From NCBI GenBank assembly GCA_036170915.1, contig JAVHQC010000035.1, forward strand, positions 264,234 through 328,233: a stretch of DNA of 64,000 nucleotides, in the 5' to 3' direction. A program made the translations under genes and the position numbers. The DNA comes from Cyanobacteria bacterium auto_48_18. GTDB lineage: Bacteria > Cyanobacteriota > Vampirovibrionia > Obscuribacterales > Obscuribacteraceae. Below, piece by piece: positions 9,506 to 20,130 of this stretch. Position 1 is the stretch's first letter. The number at the start of each line of letters is the position of its first letter. The notes beneath the pieces were generated by a model. The model was not told the DNA's origin, made no database searches, and saw only the letters and a program-made list of their open reading frames with translations.

Positions 9506-10287
9506 ACAACAGCCAACTCTTCTACAATCAGGCGGGCAGCAGCTTTGCGATCTTTGGCCTTAACAATAGGTCGACCGACAACAATATAATCGGCACCACG
9601 GGCAATGGCATCTCCAGGCGTAACAATACGTGATTGATCATTTGCTTCCGCCCATTTTGGTCTGATACCCGGCGTGACAATAAGAAAATCATCGCCGCAT
9701 GCCTCTCTAATTGCCGCTGCTTCTTGAGCCGATGCCACCACCCCGTCAAGGCCACACCGTTGTGCCATCTTAGCCAGATAGGGCACCATTTGCGGCAGTG
9801 GCAATTGTACTTTCAACTCGTCTTCTAGAGCTCGGCCGTCCATGCTGGTTAAAATAGTGACGGCAATTAAAGCTGGTCTATTTGCCAAAGCCGCGGGTGT
9901 AAGCGACCCGCTTGCTTTCAATTCGCCGTAGGCTTCAGCACTGGCTCTGGCTGCCGCTTCCATCATGGCTACGCCGCCCATGGCGTGGAGATTGAATATA
10001 TCTACCGATTGCCTTACCGCCGCCTTGCAAGCATGAGCCACGGTATTGGGAATGTCGTGAAATTTACCGTCAAAGAACAATTTCACGCCATATTCTTTAG
10101 CCAGTGCAAATAAAGTGGTGCCGCAAGCAGTGAACAATTCAAGACCACACTTGAAGACGCCCACATCATCTTTCAGTTCTTCAATCAGAGCCCGCGCCTC
10201 TGCCTCAGACGAAACATCAAGGGCCACAATCAATCTGTCTTTAGGGGTCAGTTGCCTTTTCACGCCGTCATCCTTATATACTTGCAT
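9502..10287 (-). CDS. pyrF: Orotidine-5'-phosphate decarboxylase
   Basis: LIVALD, DGKFHDIPNT, VTPGIRP and IVVGRPI motifs. Confidence 0.96.
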   Translation of the reverse strand: MQVYKDDGVKRQLTPKDRLIVALDVSSEAEARALIEELKDDVGVFKCGLELFTACGTTLFALAKEYGVKLFFDGKFHDIPNTVAHACKAAVRQSVDIFNLHAMGGVAMMEAAARASAEAYGELKASGSLTPAALANRPALIAVTILTSMDGRALEDELKVQLPLPQMVPYLAKMAQRCGLDGVVASAQEAAAIREACGDDFLIVTPGIRPKWAEANDQSRIVTPGDAIARGADYIVVGRPIVKAKDRKAAARLIVEELAVV

Positions 10288-10324
10288 GGCATTGTACTAT
10301 TAGAACTTTAGTAGGAACACACTG

Positions 10325-11374
10325 GTGCATTCGACTATTTTTATTGCCAGAGCTTGTTTTGTCACAATGTTTCTGCTGGTCTTATCTTTAAGCCAGGGCC
10401 ACTTGCAGCCCGCGGTGGCCGTCAATGCATCTCAGTTTAACCAGAACCTGGGCACAGGTATAAATCTCGGTAACGCTCTTGACGCACCCAAAGAGGGGGA
10501 ATGGGGCGTAACTCTAGAAGCGGATTATTTTCGCCTGATAAAAGAAGCAGGGTTCAGCCATGTGCGCCTGCCCGTGCGCTGGTCAAGTCATGCCGACCAA
10601 CAAGCCCCGTACAAAATAGACCCGAGCTTTATTGCCCGGGTACGTTGGGCGATTAAACAAGCAGGCCAGAATAATCTTAAAGTCGTGCTCAACATGCACC
10701 ATTACGAAGAATTCGAGCTTGATCCGGATGCTCATAGAGAGCGCTTTTTGGCACTATGGAAACAAATTAGCGAAGAATTCAAAAACGAGTCAATCGATCA
10801 AGTTGCTTTTGAAATTTACAATGAGCCGGCAAAAAAAATCAACGCCGCTTTCTGGAATAAATTGTTTGCTGAGGCACTAGCCATGGTGCGTAAGAATAAT
10901 CGTGAGCGAATTATCGTTGTCGGCCCTGTGCAATGGAATAGCGTCACCGCGCTCGACACTTTGCAATTGCCTGATGACAAAAACCTGCTGGTTACTATCC
11001 ACTACTACGAACCATTCCACTTCACTCACCAGGGCGCAGAGTGGGTAGGAGCAGAGAGTAAAAACTGGCTGGGCACAACCTGGTCTGGCGACGCAGCACA
11101 AATGGCCGCAGTGGAAAGCGATTTCAACAAAGCGCAGAAGTGGGCTGCCGCTCGTGAGCGCCCCATTTATCTTGGTGAATTCGGCGCTTACAGCAAAGCC
11201 GACATGCCTTCTAGAGCTAAGTACACTCAGGCAGTGCGAGAAACAGCTATCAAGCATGGCTTTTCAGCGGCCTACTGGGAGTTCTGTTCAGGATTTGGCG
11301 CTTACGACACAACCAGCCGCAGCTGGCGTAAGCCACTCTGGGACGCGCTCATACCGACAAAAGCTGGCCATTGA
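10325..11374 (+). CDS. Secreted glycoside hydrolase family 5 (endoglucanase/cellulase-like)
   Basis: Signal peptide; GINLGNALDAP, HVRLPVRW, catalytic NEP and GEFG motifs. Confidence 0.92.
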   Translation: MHSTIFIARACFVTMFLLVLSLSQGHLQPAVAVNASQFNQNLGTGINLGNALDAPKEGEWGVTLEADYFRLIKEAGFSHVRLPVRWSSHADQQAPYKIDPSFIARVRWAIKQAGQNNLKVVLNMHHYEEFELDPDAHRERFLALWKQISEEFKNESIDQVAFEIYNEPAKKINAAFWNKLFAEALAMVRKNNRERIIVVGPVQWNSVTALDTLQLPDDKNLLVTIHYYEPFHFTHQGAEWVGAESKNWLGTTWSGDAAQMAAVESDFNKAQKWAAARERPIYLGEFGAYSKADMPSRAKYTQAVRETAIKHGFSAAYWEFCSGFGAYDTTSRSWRKPLWDALIPTKAGH

Positions 11375-11488
11375 AATAGAACCATTGACCAGGCAACCGC
11401 TGAACATGAAAAGAGACCTGGCAACTAATCAATTGCCAAGTCGTCTTAAAAATAAATCACAAATAGCTTATCGCTTTGACACTAGAAA

Positions 11489-11713
11489 CTAAGGTGCAGC
11501 TGTAGTGGCTGCTCCATCGCGTTTGTAGCGCTTCATAAAGCGGTCTACACGACCTTCTGTGTCAACAATTTTTTGTTGACCGGTATAGAAGGGGTGACAG
11601 GCGCTGCAAATTTCAACGCGAATCGCTTGTTTTGTGGAACCCAGCTTTACAGCATTACCGCAGACACAGGTCGCGATAACTTCTGAATACTTGGGATGAA
11701 TTCCTTCCTTCAT
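11489..11713 (-). CDS. rpmE: 50S ribosomal protein L31 (Zn-binding type)
   Basis: [24 protein letters not shown] and GRVDRF motifs. Confidence 0.96.
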   Translation of the reverse strand: MKEGIHPKYSEVIATCVCGNAVKLGSTKQAIRVEICSACHPFYTGQQKIVDTEGRVDRFMKRYKRDGAATTAAP

Positions 11714-11844
11714 GATGACACCCTGAATTTTTAGAATAAGGCAAAAGATACCACGCATTGAAAGGCCATGCCGCTCCTCTCAACATTATCGTAAGGTCCC
11801 TTAACAGAAAACCTGAAAAGACTTCAATATCTATATTAGCGGAT

Positions 11845-12444
11845 CTACTGATTTATTGGTTGGGCCACGTCAATTCCATCGCCTGTGGCCTGTGACACCC
11901 GCTCACCTTCGACATTGAGAAAGACTTTCGCCTTACCGGCCGCTGGCGCCACCTCTTCCACTGTGCGCTTGAGTTGATTCATGCGCATTTCAAAAGAATC
12001 AGCCCCACTACCAGCGAGAAAACGTTTTGAAAGATTGAGAGCAATGCCTTCGCCTTTGGCTTTCGTCACTGAGATGAGAACAGTTCCTTTTGGAATTTCG
12101 CTGCCCAGGCCTTGCGCTTCTTCTTCAGCCTCTGGCCCTTTAACGAGCTCAGAGACTGCGCTCTCAAGCATTTGCATGATTGGAGTTTGACCAGCCTCTG
12201 CACTGCCTGACAGTCGTAAATTGCGTTTGACCGGAACGATTTCAAATTTGTCGTCGGCGCTTTTTATAAACCAGACGTGACTTTGGCCACAACGCGGATC
12301 GCCTACCGGTGAATTGCCGCTCACCAGGCTGCCGCTTACCTTCTTCTTCTCTTGCAAAATCGTACGTTGACCGGCACACTGACTCAAAAGCGGAATTAAA
12401 CTCACAAGCAGCATGAGCTGCACCAGCCTATTTCTATTTGTCAT
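11845..12444 (-). CDS. GerMN-domain lipoprotein
   Basis: Lipobox LSQC after a hydrophobic stretch; ELVKGP-x3-E...SEIPKGT...NLSKRF GerMN pattern; start moved to MTNRNRL. Confidence 0.75.
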   Translation of the reverse strand: MTNRNRLVQLMLLVSLIPLLSQCAGQRTILQEKKKVSGSLVSGNSPVGDPRCGQSHVWFIKSADDKFEIVPVKRNLRLSGSAEAGQTPIMQMLESAVSELVKGPEAEEEAQGLGSEIPKGTVLISVTKAKGEGIALNLSKRFLAGSGADSFEMRMNQLKRTVEEVAPAAGKAKVFLNVEGERVSQATGDGIDVAQPINQ

Positions 12445-12551
12445 AAGTTTCCAATTTTTTGATTCCTTATCGAGTCGAGTCTTCTCATTTTTTGACATCA
12501 ATAATTTGTTTAACAGTGCCACGAAAATACTGCCCAACGTCAAACTCTTCA

Positions 12552-15500
12552 TCATGTATTTGCACTCGCAGCCGCAGCGTCATGTTTTTGTCTTTTCATC
12601 GTGAAGCGAGCTAAAAGCGGTACGAATATAAGTGTAAACAAAGTGGAGAGAGAAAGTCCGCCGATGACTGTTATGGCGAGCGGTCGATGCAATTCTGACC
12701 CGGCTCCGTGACTAAGCCACAACGGTGTCAGAGCAAGCAAGGTGCAAAGCGTTGTCATCAGTATTGGTCGCAATCGAATAATGCCTGCTTCTACTAAGGC
12801 TTCTTCAGGTGATAGTCCCTGATCTTGCAGACGGTTTGCGTATTCCAGTAAAATAATTCCGTTCTTTACAACAAGCCCTACAAGCAGTATCAGTCCCATG
12901 AACGAAGAAACATTCAATGGCGTGCCAGTTCCAAGAAGAGCCAAACCAACACCAAGCATGCCGAGAGGTAAGACGAGCAGTATGGAAAGCGGCTGCAGGA
13001 ATGAACGGAACTGAATGATCATCATGAGGTAAACAAGCGCGGTGGCAAGCAACAACACGAGCAATAGCTGCTGAAAGCTTTCTTGTTGACTCAGGTATAT
13101 GCCACCGATGTTTACTGAAACACCCGTAGGAAGCGACATCGGTTTTAAAATGGTCCGAATTTCTTCAACCGTGGAACCAAGATCACGCCCTTCTATACTG
13201 GCTTCAACAGACACATATCGTTGTTGGTGCTCTCGCAAAATTTCAACTTCGGAGTTAATCTGCGATATGGTGGCTATGGAATTGAGTGGAAGCACAGAGC
13301 CATTTTTGCCTAGTATCTGCAACTGACCAATCATGTCAGGATTGAACCGAACTTTGTCAGGAAACCTAACACGCACATCAACAAATTTGTCTCCTTGCCT
13401 CATCTGTGTTGCAACTTGGCCTAAAAATGCCGCTTTTACTTGATCTGTTACGTCGAGCGGTGTAAGTAAAAGCCGTCCAGCGCGTAGTGGATCCACTTGT
13501 ATGTCGAACTGTGGAGCGCTGTCCTGGCTAGTTAAGGCAAGGTCGACCAAACCGTGAATTTTTTTCAGTTTTGCTTCAATCGTCTCTGCAACGGATCTTA
13601 TGGCTTCGCGATTCTCGCCGAAAACGCGTATCTCAACTGGATTTCCGGCACCGGCTAAGTCATTGAGCTGATCGGCCAGAATCGGGTGAAACTCGGTTTC
13701 AACCTGTGGAATTCGCTCAGCAATCTTGCTGCGCTGCTCGTCCATAACATCCGACGTTGAACGTTTACGTTGATCGTGTGGCCTCAGAACGACAAGAATG
13801 TCGCCGGTGTTCGGTTGAGTAGCAAATAATCCGAGCTCAGCGCCGGTTCTCCGTGTCCATGCCATTACTTCTGGAGTTTCACCCAATATTTTTTCAATTT
13901 GTTGGCAAATTTGATCGGTATGGGGTAAGGAAGTTCCGGCAGGCATCAAATAGTCCAGAACATAGCTGCCTTCGTCCATCTCTGGCAAAAAGTCAGTGCC
14001 TATTATTGTAAACAAAAAGTATGAGGTAACAAGGATTACGACGGCGAACAAACCAGCGGCCAGAGGATGACAAAGCGATGTTTTCAATACTCGACGGTAC
14101 CAATCCCCTTTTTGATTGCTTGCCTCTTCTTTCTCTTTTGCATGGTGGCTTTGTTGTTTCATAACTTGCGCGCAAAAAATGGGCACGACGAACAAGGCGA
14201 GGAACAATGAAAAGGCAACAGCGCTGGCAAGCGTGATAGTGAGGGCAGTGAAAAACTGACCGGCTACCCCTGAGATGAATCCCAACGGCAGAAAAACAAC
14301 TAGAGTGGTGGCAGTCGAACTGGTTACAGGACCGGCTAACTCTTGGACAGCAGCAATTACGGCTTGATCTGAGGTTAGTCCTTTCTGTAGCTGCCGGTGG
14401 ATGTTCTCAACAATGACAATCGCGTCGTCTATTACTAAGCCTAATGCAATGGCTAAGCCGCCTAGCGACATCAGGTTAAGGCTTTGGTGCATCAATGCCA
14501 TGGTCGCGAAAGCTGCGGCGGCGCATAACGGAATCGTAAGAGCCGCTATCAGAGTGCTTTTCCAAGAACGTAAAAAAGCAAACAGAATCGCGATTATAAA
14601 AACAATTCCAATGGCGATCTCTTGGAGGATTGAAGCCAATGCCTGGCGCACTAGCCTCGATTGATCGTAAGCCTTGCTTATTTTCACGCCACTAGGGAGT
14701 GTGGTTTTGATGCGCTCTATTTCTGCAGCAACTCCGTCAGAGACAGCCACGACATTACTACTTGGCTGTCGGAAAATGTTGACGACAATACCCTCTTTCC
14801 CGTCTGCACTGATCACACTGAGCGGATCACGGAATGAATTTGCAATAGTGGCGATGTCTTTCAAGTAAATCGGTTCGCTGCCGGAACGCGCTATGACTAA
14901 GTCGTAAAGCTGCTCGGGCTTAACTGACTCACCTGGCCCGACGATCAAGTTTTGCTTGTATCGATCGTCAACTCGTCCCAAGACTTCAATTTGATTCGTC
15001 CTAGTAAGTGCTGTCGCCACATCCACAATACTGATTTTGTAAGCGGCGAGTTTTGCGGGATCAACCTGCACAGCCACTTCGGGTATTTTTCCAGCTTGAG
15101 TTATTGCTCGTGCTACTCCAGGAACTTGCAGCAAGCGTGGTTCTATTTCGTATCTCACTGTGTTGTACAAGTCAGAATCAGGCACAGTATCAGACGTTAT
15201 GTTGTAATTGAGGACGGGGAAAATCGCCGGTGTCACTGGCTCTACAATAAGAGAGGCCGAAGCAGGCAAGCTGGCTCGAATTTCCGCTATCCTTGCTTGC
15301 ACTTGCTGCCAGGCAAAATTCATGTCTGTACCCGGCTGGAACTCTATGGACAGCTCGCTGGCCCCTCGAATCGTTTTTGAGCGAATCCACCTGACGCGAT
15401 AGGCCTGACTGGCAGCTTCTTCCATGGGTCGGGTCACGGTCAAAAGAACACGATCCGGTGCAATATCACCGACGGCACCGATAACGGCAATACGGGGGAA

Positions 15501-15629
15501 GGCTAGTTCGGGATATACATCACTAGGAAGAGATTGAAACGACAGCACGCCAGCGATTGTAATGAGCACGATGAGAAAGTATAGAGCGCGGCTCTGCTTC
15601 AGTAAGTACTGAAGTATTTGGGTGATCAT
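12552..15629 (-). CDS. RND efflux permease (CusA/CzcA/AcrB family)
   Basis: 1025 aa; LNLMSLGG, GLVIDDAIVIVEN, GLVVKNGI and RLRPILMTT motifs. Confidence 0.93.
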   Translation of the reverse strand: MITQILQYLLKQSRALYFLIVLITIAGVLSFQSLPSDVYPELAFPRIAVIGAVGDIAPDRVLLTVTRPMEEAASQAYRVRWIRSKTIRGASELSIEFQPGTDMNFAWQQVQARIAEIRASLPASASLIVEPVTPAIFPVLNYNITSDTVPDSDLYNTVRYEIEPRLLQVPGVARAITQAGKIPEVAVQVDPAKLAAYKISIVDVATALTRTNQIEVLGRVDDRYKQNLIVGPGESVKPEQLYDLVIARSGSEPIYLKDIATIANSFRDPLSVISADGKEGIVVNIFRQPSSNVVAVSDGVAAEIERIKTTLPSGVKISKAYDQSRLVRQALASILQEIAIGIVFIIAILFAFLRSWKSTLIAALTIPLCAAAAFATMALMHQSLNLMSLGGLAIALGLVIDDAIVIVENIHRQLQKGLTSDQAVIAAVQELAGPVTSSTATTLVVFLPLGFISGVAGQFFTALTITLASAVAFSLFLALFVVPIFCAQVMKQQSHHAKEKEEASNQKGDWYRRVLKTSLCHPLAAGLFAVVILVTSYFLFTIIGTDFLPEMDEGSYVLDYLMPAGTSLPHTDQICQQIEKILGETPEVMAWTRRTGAELGLFATQPNTGDILVVLRPHDQRKRSTSDVMDEQRSKIAERIPQVETEFHPILADQLNDLAGAGNPVEIRVFGENREAIRSVAETIEAKLKKIHGLVDLALTSQDSAPQFDIQVDPLRAGRLLLTPLDVTDQVKAAFLGQVATQMRQGDKFVDVRVRFPDKVRFNPDMIGQLQILGKNGSVLPLNSIATISQINSEVEILREHQQRYVSVEASIEGRDLGSTVEEIRTILKPMSLPTGVSVNIGGIYLSQQESFQQLLLVLLLATALVYLMMIIQFRSFLQPLSILLVLPLGMLGVGLALLGTGTPLNVSSFMGLILLVGLVVKNGIILLEYANRLQDQGLSPEEALVEAGIIRLRPILMTTLCTLLALTPLWLSHGAGSELHRPLAITVIGGLSLSTLFTLIFVPLLARFTMKRQKHDAAAASANT

Positions 15630-16774
15630 TTTGGTGGCGCTCCTCGTTCCAGTATGGTTCCATCAACCACACCATAGCCACCTGATGTAACTACTTCATC
15701 GCCACTGGACAAGCCTTCAAATACAGGTACCAAGCCATCTTGAGCATCGCCGACCGTAACCTTTGTAAGCTTTAGCTTGCCGTTGCGAACAACATAAACG
15801 AAGTGCTCTGCAGGATCATCTGCGCCAGGAACGAAAGATGTTTGTGGAACAAGCGCCGCTCTGCTTGCCACTGTTGCAATGGCGACATTGACTTGTTGTC
15901 CTTCTTTAAGTCTTCCTTGATCATTGTTACAGAGTAATTGAATCGAAGACGTATTCTTTACGGTATCAACAATCGGACTAATCGCGGTTACTCTCGCATT
16001 GTATTTGATTCCGGGTAGTGCAACGGTGGTGATGATGGCCGTCTGGCCAACTCTAGGATCAGCGGGGGAATCCGCAGGCATGTTTGCATCAACAATTACC
16101 GAACTTAAGTTGACTACGTGCGCAATCGGTTTGCTGGGATCGGTCATGTCACCAACGTTCAAAAACCGTTGAGCAATAACGCCAGCGATGGGGGATACAA
16201 CCTTTGTCCATGCCAGTTGAGTAGAAACATTCAATGGTGCGGCCTTTGCTTCTGCTACTCGGGCTTGAGCAGCTTCCACCTGGGCTTTCAACAAGTCAAC
16301 CTGGCTCTGGGCAGCAATTACATCCTTTTCCGCAATGATATCTTTGGTAAATAAAGCCTCGGATCGACTGAGGTTTTTTTGCGCAAGATCAAGTGCAATC
16401 TTTGCCTGCTCAACCTGACTGAGAGCAGTGCGTTGGGGCGCCGTTGACTGTTGAAGTTGCGCCACTAACTGCTGGTCGTCCAGCACTGCAACAAGCTGGC
16501 CTTTTGAAACTTTTTGTCCTGGCACCACAAGAACTTTGTTTATTTTTCCTGCGATGTTAGGTGTTATAGAAACTGAATGATCTGGCAAAGCAGTTATCGT
16601 TCCCGGGAATGTAAGGCGCTTCTGAACTAAGACTATGCTTATGCGCATTGTCGGAAGGGATACCCGGTGTACCGCTTCAGTTTCTTCCTCATGTTTGGCT
16701 GCTTCTGGTTTTGTGCATCCTTGTAGCAAAAAAGCGAATCCTAGTGTCACAAAAATTTTCGTAGACTTCATCAT
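15626..16774 (-). CDS. RND membrane-fusion (periplasmic adaptor) lipoprotein
   Basis: Lipobox LQGC; lipoyl half-motifs (GQKVSKGQLV; SPIAGVI) flanking a coiled coil. Confidence 0.92.
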   Translation of the reverse strand: MMKSTKIFVTLGFAFLLQGCTKPEAAKHEEETEAVHRVSLPTMRISIVLVQKRLTFPGTITALPDHSVSITPNIAGKINKVLVVPGQKVSKGQLVAVLDDQQLVAQLQQSTAPQRTALSQVEQAKIALDLAQKNLSRSEALFTKDIIAEKDVIAAQSQVDLLKAQVEAAQARVAEAKAAPLNVSTQLAWTKVVSPIAGVIAQRFLNVGDMTDPSKPIAHVVNLSSVIVDANMPADSPADPRVGQTAIITTVALPGIKYNARVTAISPIVDTVKNTSSIQLLCNNDQGRLKEGQQVNVAIATVASRAALVPQTSFVPGADDPAEHFVYVVRNGKLKLTKVTVGDAQDGLVPVFEGLSSGDEVVTSGGYGVVDGTILERGAPPK

Positions 16775-18129
16775 AAGAGTGGGTGTCCTACAGACTGTTC
16801 AAGGTCATTTAACGCAAGTTGGTATTCCAATATTGATTGGAGATATTGAGTGCGAAGAAGATTATTGCGTTGTTGAACATCAAGCACTGCGTTTATATCA
16901 GTGTGTCCCAATTTATAGCCGACATCGGTACTAACGACCAATTGCTCCGAAGTGGGAATTGCTTCTTTTATATATCGACGTATTTTTGCACGCGACATTT
17001 CTACACGGCGATAGGCCAATGCAACTTCAGATTCTATGATATTTCGCTGGCCTATTTCTGCCTTACTCCATTGATTGATTTCAGCCTTTGCTTTAGCTAT
17101 TCGGCCTTGCTGTCGATCAAAAACCGGCAAGAACACTTGTGTTTGAACGTAGGGAACTTTTCGTAACTGTGGTCCGTTTATCCGATCTTCGATCATCAAT
17201 CCAGCGTTAACTAATCCACGTGGAAAGTTATCGCCTCTTGCCACTTTCAATTGCGCCCTTGCCACTTCAGCGGCTTGCTGAGCCACTTTAAGCTCGAATC
17301 TACTTTGAAATGCTTCTTCAACTAATTTTTGCCTGGGCGGCATCTCGGTCGAGAAATTTGGCAGAAGTCCAAAAGTGGTAGCCACGCTTTGCTCGTGCAG
17401 TAGTGAAGGCAGATTCATAGGACCATCAGCAGGTCTACCGATAAAAATATTTAGCTGTTCTCGATTGCGATCAATCATTATGTGCGCCTGTTCCGAATCT
17501 AATTCAGCTTGAATGACAGCCAGCTTCGCGCGATGAACATCAATCTTTGGCACATCGCCACTTTCAAATCTGTTCTCCGCATTTGCATACAATCTTTTAG
17601 TGAGCGCCACCAGCTCATCTTGAGTAGCAGCTAGTTCCGAAGCCATTATCAATTCAGCGTACAGACGCCTTGCTTGACCTCGAAAATTCCACAGAACTTT
17701 GGCAAGCTCAAGATCGGCCTGCTCAACTTGCTTACGTGCGGCCATAAGGCGGAAAAGAATTAGCCATGGCGCTTCAAATTGAATCATGCCCCCAAATTTA
17801 TAAGTGAACTGAACTTGTAGATCAGTCATAACACCCGGATTGGGAAAGACCGTGGCTTGCTTGAGAGCTGACTTAGCTAAAGGTATTTGAGAGCGGGCCT
17901 GCTCAAGTCTTGGACTATTACTAAGACCTTCGTTCATTACCTGGTGAACAGTGACTATGCTGGAGCGCAGCAAGACAGTGTCTTGTTGCGGGGTCGACAA
18001 GGGCGGCTGCGGCACGGTTGCCGCATGCAACTTCCCATCTGGGCTTCCATAAATTAAGAGCACTAAAAGCAGACCGGTAATTGCTTGGCCACGTCTTTTT
18101 TTAGAAATCCATCTGGCCATGAGAGTCAT
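16771..18129 (-). CDS. TolC-family outer membrane efflux protein
   Basis: Repeated OEP pattern (RFESGDVPKID; GYKLGHTDINAVLD); in operon with MFP and RND. Confidence 0.9.
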   Translation of the reverse strand: MTLMARWISKKRRGQAITGLLLVLLIYGSPDGKLHAATVPQPPLSTPQQDTVLLRSSIVTVHQVMNEGLSNSPRLEQARSQIPLAKSALKQATVFPNPGVMTDLQVQFTYKFGGMIQFEAPWLILFRLMAARKQVEQADLELAKVLWNFRGQARRLYAELIMASELAATQDELVALTKRLYANAENRFESGDVPKIDVHRAKLAVIQAELDSEQAHIMIDRNREQLNIFIGRPADGPMNLPSLLHEQSVATTFGLLPNFSTEMPPRQKLVEEAFQSRFELKVAQQAAEVARAQLKVARGDNFPRGLVNAGLMIEDRINGPQLRKVPYVQTQVFLPVFDRQQGRIAKAKAEINQWSKAEIGQRNIIESEVALAYRRVEMSRAKIRRYIKEAIPTSEQLVVSTDVGYKLGHTDINAVLDVQQRNNLLRTQYLQSILEYQLALNDLEQSVGHPLL

Positions 18130-19415
18130 TCGTTCCTGCCAATAGATGTACTTCGTGCGCCTTTAACATCGACCTTAAATGAAGTATGTTTTCCGGGCTC
18201 ACTAATCACCCCTATGGTGCCTTCATATTTTTCAACGATTGCCTTGACAATAGGCAGACCTAAACCATTGCCACCATTGTGGTAAGAGCGGGCTTGGTCT
18301 GCTCGCCAGAAACGCTCAAAAACCTTCGGAAGGTCGTCTGCATTTATCCCGATTCCTGAATCGGTTACGGTAATACGAATGCCTGCGTTAGTGACGGAAG
18401 CGGATATAGAGATAGTTCCAGCTTCTGGTGTGTACTTGATCGCATTGTCCAAAAGGTTTCTGAGAACGCAGTCTAGATCATCATTGTCCATGTACACATA
18501 AAGATGTTCAGGTACTTCAACTTGAAATTTCAAGTTCTTTCGGCCAGCACCAGGAGCAGCTTTTTCAAGAGCCGACTGAACTTGCTGACTTAGTTCAAGT
18601 TGAAAGGGGCAAGGACCCAATTTGGGTTTCTCTGCAAACTGCTCGGTTCTCGCTAGCATTAGCAAGTCTTCTGTTAGCTTTTCTATTTGCAGAGCGCCGC
18701 TGGCAATTGACTCAAACTTATCTTTATCTGTTAATCGCATGCCATCGGCATGACGCAATGCCACATTTGAGTTGGTGCGAATAGCAGTGATTGGCGTGCG
18801 CAATTCGTGCGCAGCGTCTGCACAAAATTGCTGCAAGAGTTGGATGTTTTCTTCGATTGGCCGAAGTGATTGCCGTACTAATAAAAACACGCCGACACTA
18901 CTAGCAGTGACTGCTACCAGCGCTCCGAGGATCAGACACTGAAGTAATAACGCTTTTTGGTTTTCAATGGCAACAAGGGGATGCCCTACCCTGACGTACC
19001 CTAAAAGCTTTCCGTTTGCTATTGCGGGTTTGGTAAAAACTAAAGCACGAGGAATTGGTTGCCATTGATACGATTCTCTGCGCTCAAGTGATACGGTTAA
19101 GGGCATAGCGCCCTTCTCGATATCGAGTTTGCCGTGTGGGTCAAACCATTGGATTCTCATACTCTTGAGAGTCGGTGCCGCCTCATCCGGAAGCGCAGAA
19201 ACAATCAAATCCGGTTTTCCATTGTGGTCTTTGCCGTAATCATCAAAATCAATGGAAGAAATTGCAGAGTCTGCAATAGAGCGTAGTTTATCCTTCAGCT
19301 GGACATCAAAAGCTGAACATCCGAAGCAATAGACCGCTCCACAAAATATGGCAAGAACGGTGACGAACACTACGATGTTCATAAACAATAAACGCTTTTG
19401 CCACTTCTCAAACAT
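18126..19415 (-). CDS. Sensor histidine kinase (OmpR-family partner)
   Basis: Two TMs; H-box DAAHELRTP, N-box NLLDNAIKYT, G boxes DSGIGI and GNGLGL. Confidence 0.95.
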   Translation of the reverse strand: MFEKWQKRLLFMNIVVFVTVLAIFCGAVYCFGCSAFDVQLKDKLRSIADSAISSIDFDDYGKDHNGKPDLIVSALPDEAAPTLKSMRIQWFDPHGKLDIEKGAMPLTVSLERRESYQWQPIPRALVFTKPAIANGKLLGYVRVGHPLVAIENQKALLLQCLILGALVAVTASSVGVFLLVRQSLRPIEENIQLLQQFCADAAHELRTPITAIRTNSNVALRHADGMRLTDKDKFESIASGALQIEKLTEDLLMLARTEQFAEKPKLGPCPFQLELSQQVQSALEKAAPGAGRKNLKFQVEVPEHLYVYMDNDDLDCVLRNLLDNAIKYTPEAGTISISASVTNAGIRITVTDSGIGINADDLPKVFERFWRADQARSYHNGGNGLGLPIVKAIVEKYEGTIGVISEPGKHTSFKVDVKGARSTSIGRNE

Positions 19416-20088
19416 CGCTTCTTAATCTATAGCCAAAACCATAAACAGTCTCTATCACTTGCTCGCTTACGCCGACAGCAGCAATTTTCTTTCGCAATGT
19501 TTTTATATGCGTCTTGATTGTTTCTCTTCCCCCGACAGATTCTGGAGACCAGAGTTTATGGAGAAGTTCCTCGCCTCTGAAAATAGCTGTTGGATTATGT
19601 GCAAAATGCATGAGGAGTCGATACTCTGTCGGTGTCACGTCTATGACATTTCCCAGATAGGTTACGAGACAAGAAACTGTGTTTATTTGCAGGGGGCCAC
19701 ATGAGATTACTGATGAACGGCTGTGGGCGACTGAGCGTCGAAATAGCGCACGTACTCTTGCAGACAACTCGTCCAAGTCGAATGGCTTTGTCACAAAGTC
19801 ATCAGCACCACAATCTAACCCGACAACCTTGTCCACTTTGCCGGATCTAGCAGTGAGCATCAAAATTGCGCAAGAATTGCCGCTCTCTCGTAGCTGCTTG
19901 CAAACGCTAAAACCACTTAGCTTTGGAAGCATAAGATCAAGCAGAACAACATCATACTGACCTGCTTTAGCCATTTCGAGCCCTTGCAAACCATCATGAG
20001 CAACGTCAACCACATAATTTTGATGTTGCAATTCTTCCTTAAGTGGAACAGCTATGCGCTTATCGTCTTCAACTATTAGGATCTTCAT
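19408..20088 (-). CDS. OmpR/PhoB-family response regulator
   Basis: KILIVEDD, LLDLMLP, GADDFVTKPF; wHTH ending IETVYGFGYRL. Confidence 0.95.
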   Translation of the reverse strand: MKILIVEDDKRIAVPLKEELQHQNYVVDVAHDGLQGLEMAKAGQYDVVLLDLMLPKLSGFSVCKQLRESGNSCAILMLTARSGKVDKVVGLDCGADDFVTKPFDLDELSARVRALFRRSVAHSRSSVISCGPLQINTVSCLVTYLGNVIDVTPTEYRLLMHFAHNPTAIFRGEELLHKLWSPESVGGRETIKTHIKTLRKKIAAVGVSEQVIETVYGFGYRLRSDV

Positions 20089-20130
20089 GTAGCTCGTCAA
20101 TTACGTATTCGTCGAGTTTAAGGCAGGGCA

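Noticed and set aside
11792..11803. TAAGG-TC-CCTTA palindrome, similar to TAAAGG-TC-CCTTTA at about 46510
   Set aside because: A 10-bp shared core is expected by chance, and the downstream genes are unrelated
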